From Tricharina praecox (taxonomy: Eukaryota), in contig NW_026250409.1 of assembly GCF_024521635.1 (NCBI RefSeq), forward strand, positions 682,001 through 746,000: a stretch of DNA of 64,000 nucleotides, written 5' to 3'. The translations under genes and the position numbers were made by a program. Shown one piece after another: positions 1 to 13,109 of this stretch. The notes under the pieces are model-generated. The model did no database searches, was not told the origin of the DNA, and worked only from the letters and a program-made list of their open reading frames with translations. Each line of letters opens with the position of its first letter. Positions within the stretch are counted from its first letter, which is position 1.

Positions 1-1963
1 GGATCTAGAAGGGTCAGATAGCGATACTAGGAGACGCTCTGCCACTGATTTCCTCCGCCAGTTGCTTGACCAGTTTGAAGAGTTGGTCACTGGGGTGGTG
101 GGGAAGTACATCACTCACTATCTCCAGGAGTACAGCGCAAAGCCTGTGGAGAACTGGCAATCAAAGGATACCGCATTGTATCTGTTTGCCTCCATTGCGG
201 CTCGGGGATCAACTGAGCGAAAGGGTGTTGTCCATACTAACGTGCTCCTGGATGTCGTTCAATTCTTCCAGAATAATGTTGCTGCCGACCTTGTAGCGTC
301 GGCCGACGCTGTTCACCCAATCCTCAAGGTTGATGCCATCAAATACTTGTACACTTTTAGAAGTCAATTGACCAAGGCTCATCTGCACGATGCGTTCCCC
401 TTGCTTGCCAACCATATGGCCTCCGAAAACTACGTGGTCTACACCTACACAGCGGTTACCATCGATCGCCTGCTTGCCATGACCGTCGAGGGTGTGCCAG
501 TGTTCAGTTCTCAGGATGTCAACCCACACGCAAAGAACATCTTGTCTCACCTTTTCCGACTGATCGAGCAAGGCGAGACTCCCGAAAAGATCGCGGAGAA
601 CGAGTTCTTAATGCGCTGTGTCATGAGGATATTGATTGTTTCGCGAGACGCTACCGGTCCACTTGCGGAATTCGTTCTCACCGAACTGTCGAAGATCACG
701 GCAGAAACCAGCAAGAACCCGAGTAACCCGAGATTCAACCACTACACCTTCGAGAGCTTGGGTGCTATCATCAGGTTTGTCCCCATTCCATCACGAAGTT
801 GGAGAGGTAATTCTGACGAACCGAAGGTTTGCCGCTCCATCAAATCCCGAGAGCTTGGAGAACGCCCTGCACGACCCATTCATGTCCATCCTTGGAAATG
901 ACGTTACTGGTTCGTGGCTACTCTACCTTCCTACCATGTCGATTTACCAGTCCGCTGACGCGACTCTTAGAATTCATCCCATACGTCTTCCAACTTCTTG
1001 CGTTGCTTTTGGAGAGTAACCCCCAAGCGCCACTGCCTCAGAGATACAAGGACCTCGTTGGCCCTCTCCTTACACCAGCCTTGTGGGAATCGCGAGGCAA
1101 TTCTCCTGCATTGGTCCGCCTACTTCAGGCGATCATGGCGCGCGGAGTGAGTGTGATCACCGAAAATAACCAGCTCACCCCTATCCTCGGTATCTTCCAG
1201 AAGCTTGTGTCATCCAAGATTACGGAATCCCAAGCCTTTGACCTTCTGGAGTCGCTGTTCACCTACTTCCCTGCGTATGTCCCTTGATGTCAGGGTTGAC
1301 GTTTCAACACTGACCTTTTTTTCCAGCGCTGCTCTTCAGCCGTACATGAAGGACATCTTCATCATTCTTCTCACTCGTCTGAACGGCTCCAAGACCGAGG
1401 TCTTGGCACAGAGGTTCGCGCGCCTCTTCCACTTCCTCTCTGGTAAGGAAGAGGTCGGCCCCGACTTTGTCATTCGGGCAATCGACTCCGTGCAGAGCGG
1501 TATCTTCGGTCAACTATACACCGCCATCTTGCTTCCCGACACACAGAAGCTCAGCCGACCAGCCGACCGCAAGATCGCCGTCGCAGGATTGACACAGCTG
1601 ATCGGCTCCTCGGAAGGCTTGGCGGGACCATACCACACGGCCTGGGCCAGTACGGTGACGGCGCTTCTCAAAATCCTCGAACTTGCGCCCGTACTTGTCA
1701 AGGACGACCCTCTGGCCGACCTGCAAGGGGCAGATATCGACGACGTCAGCTTCGGCGCTTCGTTCGCACGCTTGAACACCTGCAAGAAGCGCGCGGTCGA
1801 CGTGTTCCCGGATGTGGTAGACCCCCGGAGATTCGTAGGTGAGAAATTGGTGGAGGCGAACACCAAGACGGGTGGAAGGGTGGATGGCTGGATCAACAAT
1901 GAGCTCAGCGGTGAGGCGAAAGAGTTGCTCAAGAAGTATATGATGGCCACCGGCCGAGTTTAG
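1..1963 (+). CDS. CSE1: Exportin-2 / importin-alpha re-exporter Cse1 (5'-truncated by window edge; introns at about 775-826, 910-970, 1275-1326)
   Basis: Reads DLEGSDSDTRRRSATDFLRQL from base 2, then ENEFLMRCVMR, NPSNPRFNHYTFE and EFIPYVFQL, all typical Cse1/CAS motifs. GT..AG introns with CTGAC branch points join ORFs 62-901, 829-1287 and 1205-1963. Confidence 0.95.
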
Positions 1964-2301
1964 GCTTAAGCTTTAAGGGATCAAAAGGGACTGCGATTTT
2001 TCGGTGATTTTCGTCGGATTGGTAATTACTTTCTTAATGTACTTAGATCATGGGCATGTAAAACCATTGATACCATGTTATTTGCAGAGTGATAGGTAGG
2101 AGATGTGCGCGACTAATCTTGTTTTGCCCAACATCACGGCCCTTACCTGTAGTGAACAATGTTCCAAAGGTGAAGAGGGATACCTGCACAATCCCTATGA
2201 GTTTCCAAAACACCAGATTACTTAGGTACCAAAGCATAGATAACGCCGCCACTCCAAAATGACACCAACCTATGATACAAATACTCGACCTCCGCCATCG
2301 T

Positions 2302-4457
2302 CTAGGCAGCCACCGTAGTTAGAGTCTCCTTCCCACTCTCCACTCCCAGACCTATGTCCACGCCCACGTCAAGCAGCCCCCTCCTCAGTCTCTCCTCCTC
2401 CATCACCACCTCCTTTGCCTCCTTCTTCGCGCGTCTCGTAACATAATGCAGCAACTGTATGCAGCCATTTGGCGTGACACCCTCCACGCGGCGCGCCTGG
2501 CCAATATTCTCGGGTCTCGTCAACTCCAGCGCCCTCCTCTCCTCGGTACTCAATCCGACGACAGCGGCGTACTCCATATCGCCAGGGATCTTGAACCCCT
2601 CGTCCTTCAAGAAGCCCTTTACGGTGCTAGCCTGAGCGGCGACGTAGGGCGCATACGCCGCCTCAATCTCTATGCGGCGGCGGATCGCGTCGGGATAGTT
2701 CTTAATCGCGGGTATGACCGCTTCGAGCTGTGCCAGGCCAACGTCTTTGACCCGCAGCATGTCGAATGCCGAGCGGCGCTCCGTGTTGTCTTTGATCAGA
2801 AAGCCGAGGCGGATCCACGCTGGCGGGCTGAGGCGCGTGTTTTCGAGGGTTTCGCGCAGCTCGTTGAGAGTGCTGGATTCAGCTGAGAAGGAGGCCCAGC
2901 GCGCGTCGCCCACCGCACCGTGTTGTCGCCCCAATGCGGTCAGTCGCTTGTCGGCGTTGTCTGCTCGTGCGCTCATCCGGAACTCGCTACGGCTCGTGAA
3001 CATCCGGTACGGCTCGGATACGCCCTTGGTGATGAGGTCGTCGATCATGATGCCGATGTAGGCGTCGGCGCGGGAGATGATCATTGAGGGCTTGTTTTGG
3101 GCTGAAAGGCCGGCATTGATTCCGGCGATTATGCCTTGTCCCGCAGCCTCCTCGTAGCCCGTCGTGCCGTTGATCTGTCCAGCCAGGAAGAGACCTTTGA
3201 GGAGTTTTGTTTCCAGTGTGGCGCGCAGCGAGCGCGGGTCAACGTAGTCGTATTCCACGCCATAACCGGGCTGGAGCATGGTGACGTTTTCGAGGCCGGG
3301 GATGGTGCGGAGAGCGCGCTCTTGCACTTCGGGGGGGACAGTCATGGATATGCCATTCGGGTACACGACGTGGTCGGATATACCTTCGGGTTCCAGCCAG
3401 ATCTGGTGGGATTGGCGGTGGCCAAACCGGATGATTTTGCTTTCGAGCGAGGGGCAATACCGCGGCCCTTTGACGGTCTCGCGGATGTGGATGGTCTCGT
3501 GCAGGTGCGCTTTGATTATTTCATGCGTGGCCTCGGTGGTCTGCGTTCCCCAGCAGTGCAGCTGCTCGTCGATTGACACTCGGGAGTTGAGGAAGGAAAA
3601 GGGTGTTGGTGGTTCATCACCTGGTTGTATTTCCAGCGGTGCGTAGTTAATTGTCCGTCCATCCAGCCGTGGCGGAGTGCCTGTCTTCAGCCGTCCCATC
3701 ATGAACCCCGCCTCCCTCAGCGATTTGCTCAACCCAAACGTCGCCGCCTCTCCCATCCTCCCCGACGGAAACACCTTCATCCCCACATGAATCTCTCCAC
3801 CCAAAAACGTGCCAGTAGTGATAACCACGTTCTTCGTCTTGATGACCTCGCCACTCTCCAGTCTCACCCCCTCAATCGCACCCACCTGCCCATCCGCACC
3901 CACCCCGCCACTCCTATCCACCACAATATCGGCCACACTCCCCTGGACAATCTCGAGGTTCCGATACCCCTCCAGCTCTTGCTGCATATGGATTTTATAG
4001 AGCATCCTATCGATCTGGGCCCTGGGGCCCCAAACGGCCGGACCCTTGCGCTTATTCAACACTCGGAAGTGAATACCCGCCTTATCCACGATCCGGCCCG
4101 CCACGCCGTCCAACGCATCGATCTCGCGGATTATCGTGCCCTTCCCGATGCCGCCGAACGAGGGGTTGCACGAGCATGTGCCGATGGTCGAATGCGACGG
4201 CGTGACGAGTGCCGTCCGCGCGCCCGTGCGTGCGGCCGCTGCGCACGCTTCCGACCCGGCGTGCCCGCCACCGATTACTATTACGTCGAATTCCCGGAGT
4301 GTAGTGCTGCTGCGGCGGGCGTCAGAAGTGGGCCTACGGTTGGGAAATAGAAGCAGTACCTGAGGTCGTTGGAAAGTGTGGCTAGCCCCCGGGATCGTGG
4401 TGGGAGCTTGCGTAAAGGCAGCCGTACCAGGCGCCGTAAGAGGCCGGCAATGTTCAT
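2302..4457 (-). CDS. MTO1: Mitochondrial tRNA U34 modification enzyme Mto1 (GidA/MnmG family); one intron near the 5' end (about 4359-4310/4307)
   Basis: Motifs [48 protein letters not shown] and [20 protein letters not shown] 4457 gives an Arg/Leu-rich presequence ([17 protein letters not shown]), spliced via GTACTG..CTGAC..CAG. Confidence 0.95.
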
Positions 4458-4647
4458 GGAGGCGGTGGAGCTTGATGGCGAGTGACGAGAGGAAGAGAAA
4501 TGTTGTGCGCGTGCATGGGACATTTTTAGGTAGCACTTGAGCTAACACGGCCAAGCCACTAGGTAGATCTCTAACTATGTCCACACCCCACTACCGGGGC
4601 ATCATTGCCATCTCCCCCGAAGGCCTCACCGCCGCCAACAGGAAGAA

Positions 4648-5484
4648 ATGCCACCTCCATCGCCGCTCACACCCGTCCAACTCCAGCTCCTCCGCGACGA
4701 CAGCGACCTCCTGCACCTACTCACGCACCGCAACAAGAACCAGCACCGGCTGCTAAAATGGTGGCAATGGCTGAGCACGCTTCGGCGGCACCTTCGCAAA
4801 CTCCTTGCCGAGCACGACGCGATCACGGCCGCAAAGACTACGCCGAACCGGAATTCCGCGCTGGCGAAGTTTAAAGACCGCCTAGGATTTATGCGGAAGG
4901 TGGTGGTGCCGAACGCGTACGACGCGTTCGGGAGTGTGGTGGGGATGAAGAACTTTGCGACGTTGGGGTTGGTGCTCATGGGCGTGTTGGCTAGGGTGTG
5001 GAGGGTGGTCAGGCCGACGGGGGAGGAGGTGAAAGAGGAGAAGGAGGCTATGGCGAGGGTACTGGCGCTGGAGGAGGAGAATGCGGCGGATGAGTTGGGT
5101 GTGGTGATCCCGCGAGAGGAGTATGCCGGTGGAGACGATGATGGTGGGACAATCATCGACCGAGCGGAATACGACAGGCTAGCGGCATCTCGGGAGGGAA
5201 GTGATAATACAGGCAAAGAATATGGGGACAGGGAGAGAAAGAAAGCTCCCTCTGAAATGAAGCCAGGAGATGCATCAACAAAAGGCCAATCACTGCCAAT
5301 ACGAACCCAGTCACAGGCGAAGGCATCAGAGCTCTCAGCTCCGGCTGAGAGGGTCAAGAAGACGCCAAAGGAAAATAATAAAACTGCGGTCAAGCGGAAA
5401 TCGGACGCGACGGAACCAGAAAAGAAAAAGAAGAAGAAGAAGAAGGCTGATGATATCGACGATCTCTTCAGCGGTTTGTTCTAG
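4648..5484 (+). CDS. RMP1: RNase MRP protein subunit Rmp1-like
   Basis: Single 278-aa ORF with HRNKNQHR..KWW, AYDAFGSVV..NFATLGLVLMG and a Lys-rich tail ending KKKKADDIDDLFSGLF, as in the fungal Rmp1 family. Confidence 0.8.
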   Translation: MPPPSPLTPVQLQLLRDDSDLLHLLTHRNKNQHRLLKWWQWLSTLRRHLRKLLAEHDAITAAKTTPNRNSALAKFKDRLGFMRKVVVPNAYDAFGSVVGMKNFATLGLVLMGVLARVWRVVRPTGEEVKEEKEAMARVLALEEENAADELGVVIPREEYAGGDDDGGTIIDRAEYDRLAASREGSDNTGKEYGDRERKKAPSEMKPGDASTKGQSLPIRTQSQAKASELSAPAERVKKTPKENNKTAVKRKSDATEPEKKKKKKKKADDIDDLFSGLF

Positions 5485-5939
5485 GTTGCTATGCAGCATT
5501 CGGAAAGGATGATATTCTCGCGAGACATTCCCGGTTCCAAGCATGGTTTATCGGTGATGTCTAAAGGTGTGTTTCTGTATATATATTATGCCGTTCTGGG
5601 CAGTTTGGCCGCGAAGGCACCGGCTTGGTGTGGTGGAACTGGTGCCAAATGGTGACTTGGAATCTCTAAGGATAGCTGGGCACGTTCCTCTGAATAGGAG
5701 TGCAATAGTACCGGAGAAGACAGTCCTGGGCTCCCATTGTAATCAACTCATTCAATCCTTCTTTCTGTAACTTCACCTCCACTTCTACACATCCCGTCTC
5801 TTCCACGTGGTCCGCCAAGTCTTTGGGCTGCAAGCGGCAAGCTCCATCCATGCACTTCTTTGTTTCCACTGCCAACCTTCAGCTTCAACACCCTTTCGGC
5901 TTCCAACGCTGTACCTTGCTTCTGACGCAAACCGTCGAC

Positions 5940-6660
5940 ATGTCCTCTTCCTCCTCTGCTGCTGCTAGACCTTCGGACCCCTCAACCGGCGTTCATTTCC
6001 GTCAAGCCTTCAGCTACAAAGACCTCGACGCCGATGGCCACCACCAGGATGTTGTCTATATGGACGACCAATCACAAGAACAGCTAATCCAAGAGCTACA
6101 AGAACAAGACCTAGCACACAACGAATTCTATAGCGTAGGTATCTTCAGCTCCCATTGCACGGCCCACCAGTAACCGAGCTCCTTTCACAGAAAGCACTCA
6201 GGCTCCTGACCGCCTCGGCGATTCCGTACTTCGTGATCCGATGGTACTTCTACTGGTCGGCGGGCGGCTGGGTACTCAACAACAACGTCTTCTTTCTCGG
6301 CTCACTGGTGATATCGTTTTCCTGCGTGCCGGAAGTAACAGCGGCGAGGCACCTCAGACACCGGGACGAGAGACGGACACGGCTGCAGACTGGGAACATC
6401 ATCTTTAGCTGTCTCTTGTGTTTCTGGACGTGGACGAAGATTTACTCGCTCGGTATTCGCGAGGGGCCGGGAGTCCACGAGGAATATGTTTGTGTTTTTC
6501 CGTTTTGTAAGTGCTCCCTGTAACAGAAATTGATGAACGGAGTGCTGATGAGGTGGATGTTACAGTGATAGCAGTTATGGGGTATGGCATGGAGAGGATG
6601 ATGGAGGCCGTGAATTTTGGGGAGTTGGAGCATTTGAGGTACCAGTACAAGGGTGCTTGA
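5940..6660 (+). CDS. Conserved fungal hypothetical membrane protein (2 introns)
   Basis: ATG 5940, acidic 'MDDQSQEQLIQEL' segment, several hydrophobic stretches and a C-terminus LEHLRYQYKGA*. GTAGGT/GTAAGT..CAG introns join the fragments. Confidence 0.6.
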
Positions 6661-6901
6661 TTCATGGGGTTGGACTTGTTGTGTTGTGCTTCTCAAACAC
6701 ATCTCCGCCATGGCGCACCGTGATCTCTTCATTCCTGCCCAACCGTAGTTTCATAGCCGCCGATTCAGAGATACAGCAAAGCAAGACTACTAACGATCGT
6801 CAACAACAAACCTCCATCAGTTCATTTGAATGTACTTACCCTCCACACCCATCCGCCTTCGTGTCAGTCAAACGGCGAACATCCAATCTCTCCTACCACC
6901 T

Positions 6902-7602
6902 CTAATCCCAATCATCTCCACTATCCTCATCCTGGACCTCCTCCCTCCTCCTCGCCTCCTCGTCGCCCAGAAGCCCGCCATCCTCGGCGAACCTCACCCT
7001 CTCCAGGACACCCGCATCCACCAGTAGCTCCTCAAGCCTAACAGTTCTGAAAGAATCCGAATTCCCCAGCCTCTCAAAGCCCTCTATCCTTGCCACCTGT
7101 TTCCCGTCGATAAACGACATCAAACAAGGCAACACACGCACGCCCAACCTCTCCACCAGGAACGGAGCCTTCTCCACCTCAATCCGGACGAATCGACACT
7201 CGGGATGCTTCGGTGCTAGCAGCTCCAGATGTGTATCTAGGATCTTACACCGCCGGAAATCACTGTGGAAGAAGTGGACGACGCTGTTTTTGTTGTTTCT
7301 ACACCCGCCGCCATCAGCCCCCAATCCCATCGTTACCGCGGCGGAGAAGCAAACGTGGTAATATCCATGACCGCCTTCTCATCCTCTACATTGAGATATG
7401 TTCCGCCGCCACCGCTGCGGTGCGCAGCCGCGCGCGCAAACTCGTCGTGGAGTTGCTGCAGACGCCGCTCGCGGAAGCCGTCGAGCGCGCTGTCTTCACG
7501 CTCGAGCTCGGCGAGAAGCTCGTCTTCGTCGTCAGAGTCAGCGCGGTCCCGGTCGAGAACTTTGGTTACCGTTGCGTCGAGGGGGGCGGTCGGGGTCGTC
7601 AT
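6902..7602 (-). CDS. PLP1: Phosducin-like / thioredoxin-domain protein (PhLP3/TXNDC9/Plp1 type), 1 intron
   Basis: FRERRLQQL, VVHFFHSDFRRCKILDTHL, APFLVERLGVRVLPC and GFERLGNSDSF. A GTTTGC..GCTGAT..TAG intron joins ORFs 7333-7602 and 6902-7330. Confidence 0.85.
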
Positions 7603-8288
7603 TTTGGTGAATGGTTAAGGAGAAGTTTTCGTAGCGGAGTGGGATGGGGATGGTTGGTTCGCCGCTCTGCCTCTGCGCTTGATGCTCTCCCCGCGTTTGT
7701 GACACCTACTAACTAGCACACCCCACTAACTTGCGGAACGATAGTTATGCGAGCTGATTCCACGTGCTATGTAGCTTTAGGAGAAGGCTTCGGAGAATCC
7801 ATTCTGTGTACGGTGTACCATGGTGCTGTAGTTACAATTCATCCATCTTCCCCGACTGCTGCTCTTAACTTACGATTATTTCTTCACGGTAGCAGCGGTA
7901 AACAAAGAAAGTACAAAAGCTATCTCCGCGACTGACCAAAACAAAGGACTTGAGGAAATAGTCAATTCGGATCGGTTATGTAATTCAATGAAGCCGATCC
8001 CCTTTCCGGGCCGTTGCTCATTGAAGCTCGGTCAGTTTTTGTTTTTAAACGGAAAGCTACCCTTAACAACGAAGTATCCGGTCCTTAACATACCTATCTC
8101 GATTATCCAAACTGCGATGATGGAGGGGATATAAGATTTACTTACTGAAGTAGTACTCCAACGTTAATCCGGCTCGTGAAACATTCCGGCCCGGCTCGGC
8201 AGCAGTGACGTAGCCGAATGAGTCTATCCAACACTTGTCCGTCCACCCCACCACCCCACCAACCCGCATCCCACCACCACTCCACAAC

Positions 8289-9513
8289 ATGTCACTCCCG
8301 CGTCTACCCTTCTTATACCCGTTCCTCCGGCGCAGCATCGTCACAACACCGCGACGATACCGTCACGGCTCCGCAGTAGAGCCGACACAGCTCCACCCTG
8401 ACCCGCCGCCTACACCTCCGCCGCCCCGAGGCGACTCCGATGTCCGGGGCCCCGGGGACGATGTAACGGCGGACATGCTCGAAATCGCCGGGCGCGACCC
8501 CGCCGATCTCAAAGCCGAAGACGCTGCGCCAAAAACCGATGAGACCTCCGTCCCACCGCCGACGACGCCGACATCGTTGGCAGAAACCGACCGCCCTTTC
8601 GCGCCCCGCGACTATACCCACCACTTCGACACGTACACCTCGGTACAGCGCCTCTCCGCCGGCAGCTTCACGCAGTCGCAATCCATCGTAACTATGAAGC
8701 TCCTTCGCGCACTGCTCGACAAAAACCTTACCGCCGCAAGGGAAAACCTCGTGAGCAAATCAAACATTGAGAACGAGACGTACCTGTTCCAGGCTGCTTG
8801 CTCGGAGCTGAGGAACGAAATGCAGAATGCGAAGAATATGGCGGTGGAGGAGCTGCGGGGTGAGAGGACGAGGATCCAGACCGAGTTCGATCTGCTGAAT
8901 CAGAAGTTCCTGGCTGAGATTATGGGACTCAGGGATGAGCTTAGTAGCATGTTTAATGATCGGAAGATGGTTACCAGGGCGGAGCAGAGGGCTATGGAGA
9001 ACAAGGTACGTCTCGGACTGCGAGGTGAGATGTTGGAAGGGAGGGAAGGCTAATAAGATGGCGGCAGATACAAGAGTTGAATTATAAGATCACTATCTTG
9101 ATCAACAGTGATCTCAAGTCGGAGATTGAAAAGCTACGGTGGACGACAACCAGACGGGGATTGATAGCAATTGCATGCCTGGCTTGTAAGTTCTCCCCAT
9201 TGGACATCTTAATAGCCCGTGCCATCCGTTGTTGGCCTTTGGACCGTCCGAAAAGACGGTGGTATCTCAGCGGGGGGACGTTTTGTTGTGATGCCTATCA
9301 TCCTTCCCTCTCTCTTCCTCGATGATGTACTGACACCGAGTAGTATTCGTAGTAACCTCCATCCGAGTAAACAATAGCTCTCACGACCGAGCCAAGAAGA
9401 AGAGCAAGAAGAAGGAGCGCGAAGAAGAGGATGATCGCCACGAGAAACCCTTCGACCCAGTGCCAATCCCCGGAGCGGAAGCTGCAGAATCCGGCCTGGT
9501 GTCACTGGGATGA
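8289..9513 (+). CDS. Mitochondrial coiled-coil DUF1640 / CCDC90-MCUR1-like protein (2 introns)
   Basis: Presequence-like MSLPRLPFLYPFLRR, HHFDTY..V..L..GSFTQSQS, ENETYLFQAACSELR, KSEIEKLRW followed by a TM segment. The last exon ends GLVSLG* at 9513. Confidence 0.8.
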
Positions 9514-9562
9514 ACAAGAACCGTCTATCTTTTGGTGTTATCGTTTTTTGCGAGATACCTCT

Positions 9563-10420
9563 CTACCCCGAGTCTTCGTGTATAAATATATCTGTACGAT
9601 AGTCGTTGTAACCAAGAAAACTATATACACATGCTATCCAACACATCGCTTCCTCCTGTCGACCGCCCTCCTTCTCCGTCCCCTTAGTCCTCCTCAACTC
9701 TCCCTCGCCCAACGACTCAACGTCATATTCTTCGCCTGATACACGCAAACTCTCCGCTGTTGGAGAAGTCTTCCAACTAGACGGCCACCGAATCCTTGCG
9801 CCATGCCGAAGCAAATAATTCACCTTCGCTTCACCTCCACTATTCACCGCGAGACATAGCGCCAACACCTTCTGCTGCTCCCAAGACCGGCAATCTGTCA
9901 GCAACCGTGCGGCTACATGTCGACGCTCGGGAATAGTATGCGGCCCAATGCAGTGCGGTGTCCGTGGACTTGGTGGCGCCGCGTATCGAAGGCACGCGTG
10001 GGAATGTGATGCGGAAACTGCGGTCTTTGTAGAAGCGCTTTTCGAGGACGGGGATTAGCAGCGCGTGCAGGACGCTGCGGCTTGCAGGTGGTAGTGAGCG
10101 TGAAGAGCGAACTGTCAGAGAGGTGGAAAGGGACGGATTGGAGGAGCTCGTGGCCAGAAAGCGAGTGATATATTACAATACCCCCTCTTGCTGCGTACCG
10201 TTTGAACCGGCGCAGCAAGTTCCACGGGTAGGAATGCGCTGTTCCCTTGCGCAGAGACGTATTCCTGCATCATGGCAGTCTTCCACTGTCTGTATAGGGC
10301 ACTACCTACACAGTGCTTCTCGGTAGAATTATGAATCATCGTTACTTGATATGTGCCTCTGTAGCGGCCCAGCGGAGTAAGACTTCCAGCTCCCAGTCGG
10401 TCTTCTGTTTGGTGCGACAT
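9563..10420 (-). pseudogene. Possible decayed ankyrin-repeat gene relic
   Basis: The fragment ALCLAVNSGGEAKVNYLLRHGARI fits the ankyrin pattern. Surrounding frames are broken by stops. Confidence 0.3.
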
Positions 10421-11068
10421 CAGCAGCTACCTCGTCAGGTGTGTTTCTTGCCGCGGCAATTGCTACCTCGCCAGTTGCCATAGATTCCAGTACAGCCGAT
10501 TACTCACGCGTATATTGCAATCGTCCTTCTTCTTCACGGGGATTCTGCAAGCTTCAGTGTTCCTACGTCTCGGTATAGATCGGTTCCGTCTCGGGAAGGC
10601 TGAGAGCATCGCTCTCATTGTCGTCACCTATGCTCATACATGGTCCTCGAGTGATTGAATATGAATGACCTCTTCTCCGTCAGGCCAGTGTCTACGCTCC
10701 ACGAACGGCGCAACCATTGCGAGTGCAGCCTATGATCTCAAAATCCAGAGCAGTGTTGAACTCCCACTTTTCTCCCTATCAGCATCAACGTGTGGCTAGC
10801 AGGCTGCTTCCATGCGCCACCACAGCCACAATATCACGGGTAATCAGCTCCAGCCGAGGCACCGCATCCCAGCTCGACGGGTATCCCGCTCCAGTGCCGG
10901 CGATGGGCACCAGGAACGGAGCATGCTGTCTTAAAGCTCCCCAGACCCCCACAGATTCTTCTTTCTCGCTGTAACCGTCCGTCCGTCCTTCCGTCTGTCC
11001 ATATCGATCCGTAGCAACACCACTGCACCACCACTACCGCACCACCACCACCGCACACAACCGCAACC

Positions 11069-12010
11069 ATGGCGCCCGTCGAGCTCTCCGTCACCAAGGT
11101 ACCAACTACCCAGTTACACCGGACACCCCCCCGAGCTCTAGTTACCAGTAGCTAACCGTCACCAGAACATCGCCACCATCACCCTCAACTCCCCCGAAAA
11201 GCTCAATGCCCTCGACCTCGACGGCTACTTCGCGCTCGGCTCGATGCTGCGGCAGATCGCCGCGATGCCCGAGGTATCGATCACCATAATCACTGGCACG
11301 GGGCGCTTCTTCTCCGCGTACATAGGCCACTCCCCCCCGCACGCACGCACACATCGCTAACCCCCCCCCCCTCCGTAGCGGCGCGGACGTGACCTCGACC
11401 ACAACCGACGCCTCGGCGCCCACGACGTCCTCCTCAGCCGACGAGACGCGGCGGGTACTGGTTCCGGCGGTTCGCGGCCAACAACATCGACCTTACACGG
11501 GCGTTATTTACGCACCCGCAGATACTGATTTTCGCACTGAACGGGCCCGCGGTCGGGCTGTCGGCGGCGATCGTCGCGTTCGGCGACTTCGTGTACGCCA
11601 CGCCGCAGACATTCGTGCTGACGCCGTTTACGTCGCTGGGGCTCGTCGCCGAGGGCGGCGCGAGCTACATGTTTGTGCGGCGCATGGGCATTGCCAGGGC
11701 CAATGAGGCGCTCATACTCAGTAAGAGGATTCAGTGCGAGGAGCTGCTGCAGTGCGGCTTCGTTAATAAGGTGTTTCCGCGCGAAACGTTTGCGAAGGAT
11801 GTCAGGGATTATATAGACGATGCGTTTGGTCCCCACCTCAACCATGAGAGCATGATGCAGGTTAAGAAGTTGGTGCGAGAGGGCTGGGAACGCGAGCTGG
11901 AGGCGGCGAATGTGCGCGAGGCCGTCACCGGCGTCGAGAGGTTCATCAGGGGGATTCCTCAGGCGGAATTCGCGAAGGTCGCTAGTGGCCAGAAGAAACA
12001 TAAGCTGTAA
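11069..12010 (+). CDS. ECI1: Peroxisomal delta3,delta2-enoyl-CoA isomerase (crotonase family), 2 introns, apparent +1 frameshift at about 11453-11455
   Basis: ITLNSPEKLNAL, TGTGRFFSAGADV, ALNGPAVGLSAA, LTPFTSLGLVAEGGAS and a PTS1-like C-terminus KHKL*. Introns at about 11099-11165 and about 11318-11378. Confidence 0.85.
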
Positions 12011-13060
12011 ATACGGTACGGTACATTACGTACACACTTTTTAAAAGGAGGGGTGCGGGATACCCGGGGCACTCATGTAAGAGAGAGAGAGATCTTCAGT
12101 TTATTTCGCATACAGCCTATCTGGACTATGGCGAAACGGGGCACTCATGTATTTTAGGCGTTTAATGAACAACTTTTGGAACATCCGAGTGATCCACCAT
12201 GCAAGCCCGGCAATCTAAAAAGCACTCTACCCATATATACAACCCCCCCCCTCTCTCGGCGGATGATCGCCATGCATCCGCACCGCACCGCGAAACCCCA
12301 GGCGCGAAGCGGAAGCGAGTGTCAAACCCCGGCCCTATGTATGTATGTATGTACCGTATCCGGTTGCGAGACACTACAAGGTAACAAGGCAGGTGATCTG
12401 CAAGACTGCAAGTCTGCAACGGCGCGGGAGGCGGGAGGCGGGACTTGCATATCATACACACATATGTACACTCATCATATGTACATACATACATAACCAG
12501 CCCAGATAGCTGGGCTGGACGGGTTCGCAAGAAAGAGAAAGAAAAGAAAACCCGCTTGCTGCCGAGCGGGAGCGGGAGCGGGAGCAGTGGGTCCGTGTAT
12601 TAGGTGTTTCGGCACCTGGTCTGGTCTGGTCGCCTGAGCTGTGAGCTGTGAGCAGTGGGCAGTGAGCAGTGGGCCCCCCTCCCGGCCGTTGCATAATTGC
12701 ATTAGTGTGCACCGCTGAGAGAGAGGGTGCAAGTGATGGATGGATGCTGCATAGCCACTGCCGGCCGGGCTTTGCATGGCTATATATCCCGCAACACCTC
12801 CAGTCCCACATGTAGGGTACTTGTGTTGGATGTCGCCATCAACCAAAACCCCGCGTTCGTTCACATGTGCAGCCGCAGTCTTGCGGAAACAATCAGGAAA
12901 CAATCAAATCAAACCACCAAAGCCGAATTTTTGGATTTCCGTCTGTACAATGACAATTAAACAACGCACACACAATCTCCCATCCCTTCCCCTTCCCCTC
13001 TCCTCTGCTCTCCTCTGCCACTCTCCTCTCCTCTCCTCTCCTCTCCTCGGTCTATGACAA

Positions 13061-13109
<49 letters not shown>

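Noticed and set aside
12463..12487. TGTACATA elements as PUF3 3' UTR autoregulatory sites
   Set aside because: About 1.4 kb past the stop, in TACA-rich low-complexity DNA where the word is expected by chance.
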